A stretch of 64,000 nt of DNA from an uncultured Gammaproteobacteria bacterium (GTDB lineage: Bacteria > Patescibacteriota > Microgenomatia > Levybacterales > UBA12049): contig CAZIDK010000001.1 in NCBI GenBank assembly GCA_964537895.1, forward strand, positions 134,198-198,197, given 5' to 3'. This document shows positions 57,525 through 64,000 of the stretch, in pieces; positions within the stretch are counted from its first letter, which is position 1, and every line of letters begins with the position of its first letter. Made by a program: the position numbers and the translations under genes. The notes under the pieces were generated by a model that was not told the DNA's origin, made no database searches, and was given only the letters and a program-made list of their open reading frames with translations.

Positions 57525-58385
57525 TTATCTTGGTCCCAACCCAAAAGCTACATTTGTTGCAGCAGGCAACCACACGTTTCCTAAAAGCTTCCATCCGCTA
57601 ACATAATGCTTAATGAGTTTCTGATTGACATTGGCATCTATAGTATACAGCACTCCATTTCCGCTTGAATTAACGCTTATTGCATCTATTAAATCTGCGT
57701 GTCTATATCTATAGCAATTGCAACTTCCGCTAAGACCATACCAAAAAACAGCATCTCCTGGTTTTACCATCCTTACATTATTTGTTTTTAATAAGGTAAG
57801 GCCCCTGATGGATCCCCATTGGCTTACCATGCTGGGGGTCCATTCACTAAGATTGTTTTTTATGCCCGCCAGGTTATAGGCGTCCTTCACAAGCCTTGTG
57901 CAGAGATAGGCTCCTCCATATCCTTGACAATCACCCCCCCTAATAGCAGCACTATATCCTGCAGTATTTCTTATAATGCTTTGTTGTCTATTGTAAATTG
58001 TGTTGCTGCAACCTAAAGCCTTAGTAAGGACGCTGTTTATTTTTCTCCCCCACACGAGAATATCTGTTCCGTCGAGTCCGCCTGGTTGCGTAGTTGGTCC
58101 GGGAGTAGAAGATTCTGTCGGAGAAGGGGAGTTGCTTAGGTCGCCGCCGACAACAGTGCTCGGGGCGGCTCCGGAGAACATAATAATAACAACAACAAGT
58201 ATGACAACGCCAATCCCTACCCCTACGGCTGGTCCGGCCAATGCGCCCAATCCTTCTCCTGCAAGCCATGCCGCCCTCGCTTTTTTGTAAGCACCATAGG
58301 CTCTTTGCAGATTTCTTCCTTTGCCGGCAAGGCTGTTAATTCTGCCCACAGCAGATGAATCTTTTTTTTCGTTTTCTTCGGCCAT
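57525..58385 (-). CDS. membrane-anchored CHAP-domain peptidoglycan hydrolase (T4SS-associated lytic enzyme candidate)
   Basis: Cytoplasmic N-terminus, a TM (GIGVVILVVVIIMF), and a Ser/Pro/Thr linker. The CHAP catalytic Cys is in GGDCQGYGGAYLCTRLV, and the His in PGDAVFWYG...YRHADLI. Confidence 0.6.
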   Translation of the reverse strand: MAEENEKKDSSAVGRINSLAGKGRNLQRAYGAYKKARAAWLAGEGLGALAGPAVGVGIGVVILVVVIIMFSGAAPSTVVGGDLSNSPSPTESSTPGPTTQPGGLDGTDILVWGRKINSVLTKALGCSNTIYNRQQSIIRNTAGYSAAIRGGDCQGYGGAYLCTRLVKDAYNLAGIKNNLSEWTPSMVSQWGSIRGLTLLKTNNVRMVKPGDAVFWYGLSGSCNCYRYRHADLIDAISVNSSGNGVLYTIDANVNQKLIKHYVSGWKLLGNVWLPAATNVAFGLGPR

Positions 58386-58439
58386 GACTTAATAATAGCA
58401 GAAACTAATTGCTGGCAACTAAATACCAGCAACTAGTAA

Positions 58440-60383
58440 CTAGCTACTAGCGTCTAGTTTAGGAATGGGGTTTTCTGTTGGGAGGATGATAGTTGTCGCT
58501 GGCGGAGCAACCGGCTCATTGACCGGCGTCATAGGTGGTTCAACAGGGGCCTGTGTCATCAACCGCGCTCTTTCGGCTTCATCCTCCTGCATTTTAAGAA
58601 TTTCTTGCGGGTTAGATGTAATCATTGTGTGTTCAAAGGGTGCAGCTATAACTTTCATTGCAACATGGCTTTGTCCTGCAAAAAACAACCCTTCGCCGAT
58701 ATCCGCCGATAGCAAAAGTTCTTTCTCTCCCTGCGAGAGATAAAAGGTTTGCGAAACCAAGTCTACTTCGGACGGGCTTTGTTTTAAAAGCATTTGTATC
58801 GAAGAGTTTGATAAAATGGCTTTGCCATAGTCGGTGGACAGGAAATCCTGCACGTCTTGGGTTGCCGTTGTTAGCGCAAGATAATATTTGCGTGACCTTT
58901 TGGCAATGCTATAAACAAAAGAAGCAGAATCGGGATATTTCATAATATACCAGGCCTCATCAAGAATAAGAAGGCGCTTTTTAAGTGTTTTTCTAATCCT
59001 TGTCCAAACAAAATCTAAAACAATGTGCATGGCAACCGGCCTTAGCTCTTCCTCAAGCGCCTTGATATTAAAAACCGTTAGCAAATTCTTAAGATCAAAA
59101 TTGGATTGCTGGTTAAATATTCCGCTTAAGCTTCCTTTAATGAATTTCTCAAGTCTTAACGCCAGCTCTCTGGCGGCCGGGTCTTCCATGCCGAGCAATA
59201 CCTTGTATAAATCTTCCATTAAAGGAGGCTGTTTCTTTTGCGTTGTGGGATCGGCAGTTATGCCTTTTTGCCGGTATGTTTCGACCAGTGCCCTGTCTAA
59301 AATTGCATCGTGAGCGGCATCCAAATCGCCCATAATAATTCTTAAAAGTCCGTGTAAAGAAAGAATTTTAAGACCAAGCTCATTTTCGCCTTCTTCGTAA
59401 AGCCCGGACATGTCAAAAGGGTTTATCCTGACCGGATCAGACGCGGTAAAGGAAACATGCTCGCCTCCCAGAGTTTTTGCCAGGGTTTCATATTCTCCTT
59501 CCGGGTCGATAATGATAACTTCCGTTCCAAACATAAACTGCCTTATTGCTTCAAGTTTAATTAAATAAGATTTTCCCGCTCCGGATTTGCCCAAAACCAC
59601 TTCGTTGGCGTTTTCTAAGGAGAATCTGTCGAAAATAATTAAAGAACCGTTTTGCTCGTTAATTCCGTACATTACGCCTTTATCTTGCGCCAGCATTGCC
59701 GAAGTAAACGGAAAAGTTGAAGCAAGGGATGTTGTGTCCATGTTCCTAGTTATAAAAAGCCTGTCTTGTCCCAAGGGAATGCTGGATTTAAATCCGTCTT
59801 CCATTTGCAGGGTTGCGGTTTTTGAGAGCATAAGTATTGAGCCAAGCGTTGTGCTTAGTCTTTTCGAGGCTTCGTCTAAGTCTTTAACGTTTTCGGCAGA
59901 AAGCGTTATGTAGAGACTGTATTGAAAAAACCTTTCAACGCCTTTTGCCAGCTCTTCCTGAACGGATAAAGCGTCATCTAAAGATGCTTTTACCTTAGGG
60001 TCAATCAGCTGTCCTTCCTCAACTTGGGATGAAATCGTTGCTTCCATTTCGGCAATTTTTCTGCGCAAATCCGACAAAACATCGGGAGATGAGGTTGGAT
60101 AGATAAACATAGAAATATTCATAGAGTGGTCAAAGTCAATTATGGGCTGAAGCCAGTTTGCCGATACGTAGCGCGGATAGCCAACGACGAAAACTGTTTT
60201 ATAAAACTTTTCCCCTACTCTTATAAAATGAAAATCAACTTCAACAGAAGACGGCGCAATAATATCCGTTAAGGAAACCATTCCTTTTTCAAGTTTGGCA
60301 ATACTTGGCGAAACAGTCTGCTGCTGCTTTGCTGGCAGCTGTGTTTGGCTGACTTGGGTTTTGTTTTTTTTGAAAAGATTCAT
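58440..60383 (-). CDS. VirB4/TrbE/CagE-family type IV secretion ATPase (C-terminal ATPase part)
   Basis: Walker A GKSGAGKS, Walker B RLLILDEAWY, and a FYLSQGE/ATQ sensor region are present. 647 aa is short for VirB4. The N-domain appears to be encoded by the overlapping upstream ORF. Confidence 0.75.
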   Translation of the reverse strand: MNLFKKNKTQVSQTQLPAKQQQTVSPSIAKLEKGMVSLTDIIAPSSVEVDFHFIRVGEKFYKTVFVVGYPRYVSANWLQPIIDFDHSMNISMFIYPTSSPDVLSDLRRKIAEMEATISSQVEEGQLIDPKVKASLDDALSVQEELAKGVERFFQYSLYITLSAENVKDLDEASKRLSTTLGSILMLSKTATLQMEDGFKSSIPLGQDRLFITRNMDTTSLASTFPFTSAMLAQDKGVMYGINEQNGSLIIFDRFSLENANEVVLGKSGAGKSYLIKLEAIRQFMFGTEVIIIDPEGEYETLAKTLGGEHVSFTASDPVRINPFDMSGLYEEGENELGLKILSLHGLLRIIMGDLDAAHDAILDRALVETYRQKGITADPTTQKKQPPLMEDLYKVLLGMEDPAARELALRLEKFIKGSLSGIFNQQSNFDLKNLLTVFNIKALEEELRPVAMHIVLDFVWTRIRKTLKKRLLILDEAWYIMKYPDSASFVYSIAKRSRKYYLALTTATQDVQDFLSTDYGKAILSNSSIQMLLKQSPSEVDLVSQTFYLSQGEKELLLSADIGEGLFFAGQSHVAMKVIAAPFEHTMITSNPQEILKMQEDEAERARLMTQAPVEPPMTPVNEPVAPPATTIILPTENPIPKLDASS

Positions 60384-61051
60384 TTTGCCCCCTCGTTTTT
60401 AACTATCGGTGATTTTATGTTGTCTGTTGCCTGGCCTGTTTCAATTAAGGTATCGTTGTATATTTCATAAAATAATTTAATTAACTCTTCTTTTTCCAGA
60501 GTTCTGGCTCGCAAATTAAGTCTTCCGAGCTGGGAGTGCAGGGACTCTGCTTTTGAATGAAGAGCGGATTTAGCGTTTTGGACAAAAGCGAAATCATCCA
60601 CCGAGCTTTTCTTCTTAACACTGCCCGCCGCAGCGCCGATGCCCTTTTCAAGGTAGGAAAAAGGAACAGCAATATAGAATTTTTTATCCAAAACGGTATT
60701 TACCTTAATTAATTCCTGAATAAAATCTTTGTAAAGCTTTATCTGCTCCGCAAGCATCTGATTTTGTGTTTTTCCTGCTTCAGTATCAAGAAGCTTAAGA
60801 TAGGAGGTTATGTCCAGCTTTTTACTTCTGATAAGAATTTGAATCGGGAAGGAGAGGGAGTTAAGAAGGGCGGCGTAAGAGAAAATTTTTGAATCCTGTT
60901 CTTCTGCGGACAAAAGCGCAAAGTTTGTAGCGGTTACTTCAATAACCAAGCAGGCGTTACCATTGGTTAAAACAACAACGTCATCGATAACGTCCTGTAT
61001 TTCTGTGAATTTCTGCGTTGTTGCGTTGATTTTTCGGGCAGAACTTTTCAT
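60380..61051 (-). CDS. VirB4 N-terminal-domain-like protein (apparent split or frameshifted virB4 5' part)
   Basis: 223 aa, overlapping the ATPase ORF by ATGA. IQDVIDDVVVLTNGNACLVIEVTATNFALLSAEEQDSKIFSYAALLNSLSFPIQILIRSKKLD resembles the N-terminal region of Gram-positive-type VirB4 proteins (I.D.i.....g.....l.i.piNF.L.s.eEq...i..f...L.sl..piQi.....k.d). Confidence 0.45.
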   Translation of the reverse strand: MKSSARKINATTQKFTEIQDVIDDVVVLTNGNACLVIEVTATNFALLSAEEQDSKIFSYAALLNSLSFPIQILIRSKKLDITSYLKLLDTEAGKTQNQMLAEQIKLYKDFIQELIKVNTVLDKKFYIAVPFSYLEKGIGAAAGSVKKKSSVDDFAFVQNAKSALHSKAESLHSQLGRLNLRARTLEKEELIKLFYEIYNDTLIETGQATDNIKSPIVKNEGAK

Positions 61052-61168
61052 AAATAATTATTAATTTTCAATTTCTAATTTCTATTGGATTTTCAAGCTT
61101 CCAATCTTTGATTGCATCATTTTCATATCAAAAATAAAATTTTAAATATAAAATACACATAGCAAAAA

Positions 61169-61540
61169 TTAAATATTATTCCCTTTTCCTTTTAAAGTCG
61201 GGATACTTGAACCGAATATTTTGGAAATTTCATCAAGTTCTGCCAAAATTGAATTTGCTTCATCCTTTTCACCATTATCTGTATCCCGCAATATTGAAAC
61301 CCACACCTTGCTTTCATTTGCCGACTTTAAGCTATGGTGAAAATAGTTTGTGTAATCCTTCTTTGAACTTGCAGACTGCCCTTCTATATAGTTTCCCAAA
61401 ATACTCGTCCCGCTTCTTATTAATTGGTCTCCAATAATCTTTGTTGTTTGAGATTTTTTGCAATTCTCAACAAATTTAATAATCCTTAAGATAAGACCGT
61501 ATAAACGTTTTTTAAATTCTCTTTCCCTATCGTTTTTCAT
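61169..61540 (-). CDS. four-helix-bundle protein (PF05635 / 23S rRNA intervening-sequence protein family)
   Basis: GDQLIRSGTSILGNYIEGQSASSKKDYTNYFHHSLKSANESKVW matches the family core (QL.RSA.SI..NIAEG......D...F...A.GS..E...). Confidence 0.7.
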   Translation of the reverse strand: MKNDREREFKKRLYGLILRIIKFVENCKKSQTTKIIGDQLIRSGTSILGNYIEGQSASSKKDYTNYFHHSLKSANESKVWVSILRDTDNGEKDEANSILAELDEISKIFGSSIPTLKGKGNNI

Positions 61541-61584
61541 ATTTGATATGTATTTTTAATATTTTATATTTAATCTTTTAAATG

Positions 61585-62805
61585 CTAGCTAAACAGACTT
61601 CTCCTTAACTCTTCTCTTGTGTCAACGGAGAGCACTTCTATCGGCAGTATTATTTGTCCGGTTACGCTAAATTGAATAACATCAAACTTGTTTTCTCCCT
61701 TAGTGTCCTCAAATTCTATAGTGTAAGTACCGTTATTTAGCGGCGTTGCGGAGGCGAATTGTCCTAAAGGATTTGTTTTGAATGCTCGAACAGGGTTACT
61801 GTCGGCATCTTTTATTTCAACAAGAATATTTCCCAAGGGATTGCCTCGCGGGTCTTTTACAATGCCTGTAACCAGGTTTGGAAATTCGGGCGCAATTGGA
61901 AGGCCTATGCTTTTTCCTAAGCCTTGGGGAATGCTTCTTATATTTTGAGTTTCTTTTTTGGGCGCTTTGGCAATAGAGGCGGTATAAACGTTTTTGTTTT
62001 CGTTTGTAAGCTTTTTCTGAAGTTCTGCGATTTGTCCTTCAAGCACTTGTTTTTGCTTGGCAGTATCTGTTAGGAGATTTTCAAGTTCAAGTACCTTTAA
62101 GTGCGCCTGTTTATATTCTTCAGATCCCGACTGCGCTGATTCCTGCGTCTTTGCTTGCACCAACTGCTGCTGTAAAATTTGCGCCTCTTTTCGTAAAATT
62201 TCTTCCTCTTCGGAAGGCATTTCTGCTTCTTTTGCGACCGGAGCCGGTTGATTTGGCGGAGCTTGGTTAGCAAAAGCATGAGGCGTAGCGGGCTGGGGTA
62301 CTTGTAATTGCGGGGCAGGAGTGTTTGCCTGGAGACTAGCTAACGATTCGAAGAAAACCATTTCTTTTTGGTCAAGCTGGTTTTTTGATCTTTTGGGCAG
62401 TGAATTTAAATAGTCTTTTAATGCCTGTCCGGAAAGAGACGCAGTTTGGGCCGCCTGTTGGGCCCGCTGTTGTTTTTGAGATTGAGCAAGATGCGGTATA
62501 GGAAGCCAAAGGTGCCCCCCTGTCTTTTGATAAATAAACTGCGTCGGATAGAAGACGGCTTTAAAAAAATTAGAAATCATTAAATCCATAGGTCTCCCCT
62601 CAATGGGCAAAAAAGCAAAGCCGGCGCCTAAAAGAATTGATATTCCGGCAAGAGGAATCTTGACGATTGGAATTAAAGGAAGAACGAAAATAATCCAGCC
62701 TATTACCACCCCTGCCGCAAGATAGGCAAATTGTTTAATCGTCATGTCGCCAATCAGCTTAAACTGAAAACCGGTAATATCTTGAGGTATAGGGTGATTT
62801 TCCAT
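61585..62805 (-). CDS. PrgI/VirB3-like N-terminal membrane domain fused to coiled-coil and C-terminal beta-sandwich domain
   Basis: The N-terminus IPQDITGFQFKLIGDMTIKQFAYLAAGVVIGWIIFV matches the PrgI-family motif (f.G.T.RQ......a). Two TM helices are followed by a Gln/Glu-rich coiled coil (QILQQQLVQAKTQESAQ...ELQKKL). The C-terminus GIVKDPRGNPLGNILVEIKD...YTIEFED is a carboxypeptidase-regulatory-like / Ig-like beta sandwich. Confidence 0.5.
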   Translation of the reverse strand: MENHPIPQDITGFQFKLIGDMTIKQFAYLAAGVVIGWIIFVLPLIPIVKIPLAGISILLGAGFAFLPIEGRPMDLMISNFFKAVFYPTQFIYQKTGGHLWLPIPHLAQSQKQQRAQQAAQTASLSGQALKDYLNSLPKRSKNQLDQKEMVFFESLASLQANTPAPQLQVPQPATPHAFANQAPPNQPAPVAKEAEMPSEEEEILRKEAQILQQQLVQAKTQESAQSGSEEYKQAHLKVLELENLLTDTAKQKQVLEGQIAELQKKLTNENKNVYTASIAKAPKKETQNIRSIPQGLGKSIGLPIAPEFPNLVTGIVKDPRGNPLGNILVEIKDADSNPVRAFKTNPLGQFASATPLNNGTYTIEFEDTKGENKFDVIQFSVTGQIILPIEVLSVDTREELRRSLFS

Positions 62806-62838
62806 AGTTCAGTTACTAGACACTAGTTAGATTAGTTA

Positions 62839-63225
62839 CTAGTTGCTAGTGTCCTCCTTTGTTAATTTTTTCATTTTTCCTATCATAACATTTAACATTT
62901 TAGAAACTTCCAACAAGAGATTCTCGCTTGGTTTAAATAATGTCTCTTTTGCCATAATTAATTCTTTTGAAATAATAAGCTGCGTTTCAAGCTCTAGGGC
63001 AGAGCCATAGGCAAAGGAATAAAACTGAACAGATGATCTAAAAGATCTTCGGCCGAATGCCTCTGCAATGTTTGATGGAATTGATACCGCCGCTCTTCTC
63101 ATTTGAGAAGTAATGCCAAAAACTTCTGATTTAGGAAAATTTTCGGTTAAAAGAAAGATTTCTTTTACTAATTTCATTCCTTTCTGCCAAACGATGAGTT
63201 CTTTATAAGATTTAATAATTGCCAT
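62839..63225 (-). CDS. four-helix-bundle protein (PF05635 family), second copy
   Basis: YKELIVWQKGMKLVKEIFLLTENFPKSEVFGITSQMRRAAVSIPSNIAEAFGRRSFRSSVQFYSFAYGSALELETQLIISKEL is an almost canonical match to the family. Confidence 0.8.
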   Translation of the reverse strand: MAIIKSYKELIVWQKGMKLVKEIFLLTENFPKSEVFGITSQMRRAAVSIPSNIAEAFGRRSFRSSVQFYSFAYGSALELETQLIISKELIMAKETLFKPSENLLLEVSKMLNVMIGKMKKLTKEDTSN

Positions 63226-63388
63226 GGGATTTCGTAACTAGTATCTAATAACTAGTAACTGATTATACTAGCTTATAACGTGAAAAATTACGTTGCAAGA
63301 TTATCAAACTAGGTGCAAACCGCGTCAGACGCGGTCAAAGGAAAATATTAATTTCAGCCTGCCCCGTGAAAATTATCCTTCGGAGAAA

Positions 63389-63700
63389 TTATTTGCAGGT
63401 ATCAAATCCAAACGTAGTGATGCAGTCGGCCCCAGTTATTGTTCCTATTAACTTAATTATTGCAAAAGCCAAAAGAATAACGATTAGTCCCGCTACTGCA
63501 TAGGTTAAAGTTTTCCTTGCTCCCTCGACTTGTTTTGGGTCGCCGCCAGAGGTTAAGAATTTTATTCCTGCCAGTATGATGAAAAAAACAGCAACAATCC
63601 CGGCTAAACCGGCAGCCCAGTAAACAATATTACTAAAAACAGCAGGTAAGCAGCTAAGAGTTGCAACTCCATCTTGAACACAGCTTCCCCAGTCCTTCAT
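63389..63700 (-). CDS. VirB2/TrbC-like pilin candidate (small two-TM protein with paired cysteines)
   Basis: 103 aa. A TM hairpin IVAVFFIILAGIKFLTSGGDPKQVEGARKTLTYAVAGLIVILLAFAIIKLI is present. Cys pairs sit at both ends (C..C near the N-terminus, C...C at the C-terminus). It is paralogous to 63748..63999. Confidence 0.45.
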   Translation of the reverse strand: MKDWGSCVQDGVATLSCLPAVFSNIVYWAAGLAGIVAVFFIILAGIKFLTSGGDPKQVEGARKTLTYAVAGLIVILLAFAIIKLIGTITGADCITTFGFDTCK

Positions 63701-63747
63701 ATAAAGCTAGCGTAGCAAATAGGAAAAGAAAAAGTCAAGGATAAGGG

Positions 63748-63999
63748 TTATTCGCAGGTGGGGTTAGTTAAGCTAGGAATACAGAAATTACCGGATAAGG
63801 GGCTGCCGACTCCCAGAAAAGTAAAGACAACATTTATAATAAAGAAAGCTGCAACTACAATTACTAAGCCGACTATCGCAGCGACAATGTGTTTTCTGGC
63901 GGCATCAACGTTTGCTTTGTCCCCGCCGGAAATTACCCATTTAATTCCTCCGTAGATAAGGAAAATCAAGGAAATTAAAATACCGACAACTAAAAGCAA
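63748..63999 (-). CDS. VirB2/TrbC-like pilin candidate, paralogue; 5' end may lie beyond the window edge
   Basis: 83 aa as drawn. It has the same GIKWVISGGDKANVDAARKHIVAAIVGLVIVVAAFFII hairpin and a C-terminal CIPSLTNPTCE. Its first codon is at the last in-frame position of the window. Confidence 0.4.
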   Translation of the reverse strand: MLLVVGILISLIFLIYGGIKWVISGGDKANVDAARKHIVAAIVGLVIVVAAFFIINVVFTFLGVGSPLSGNFCIPSLTNPTCE

Positions 64000-64000
64000 C

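Overview
This window is an AT-rich, gene-dense chromosomal segment from a small-genome bacterium. Gene content, many short divergent proteins, an intron-containing tRNA and Pro/Thr-rich anchored surface proteins are most consistent with a Candidate Phyla Radiation (Patescibacteria) lineage. This assignment is an inference from sequence character, not a database result. The backbone is housekeeping: groES-groEL, lepA, murJ, rpsT, tpiA, uvrD/pcrA, dnaG-rpoD, purA-purB, comM, ruvC/ruvA/ruvB, rplY, valS and rnhA. It also contains the replication-origin locus rpmH-rnpA-yidD-yidC-jag divergent from dnaA-dnaN, with a perfect DnaA box. Accessory content is interleaved: (1) a cell-envelope glycosylation cluster (a PMT-type protein O-mannosyltransferase, two further GT-C membrane glycosyltransferases and an LCP protein) close to two Pro/Thr-linker surface proteins that share a conserved C-terminal GPDxKI + TM tail; (2) a nickel superoxide dismutase with its SodX maturation peptidase; (3) a small defence-like island (HTH with palindrome, SRA-like/HNH endonuclease, Panacea/DUF4065 antitoxin-like gene plus an unknown partner) between an MBL hydrolase and ruvB; (4) directly after dnaN, a type IV secretion-like cluster (two VirB2-like pilins, a PrgI/VirB3-like fusion, an apparently split VirB4 ATPase, a CHAP cell-wall hydrolase) interleaved with two four-helix-bundle genes. 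The most unusual sequence-level observation is a 74-nt element present as two identical, in-frame copies inside two unrelated genes (a FemAB-family transferase and valS), resembling Rickettsia-type palindromic insertion elements. Also notable are a family of CTAG-rich intergenic repeats, a tRNA split by a probable group I intron, and a GC-rich about 390-nt non-coding segment that is probably a structured RNA. No CRISPR array, rRNA or transposase was seen.
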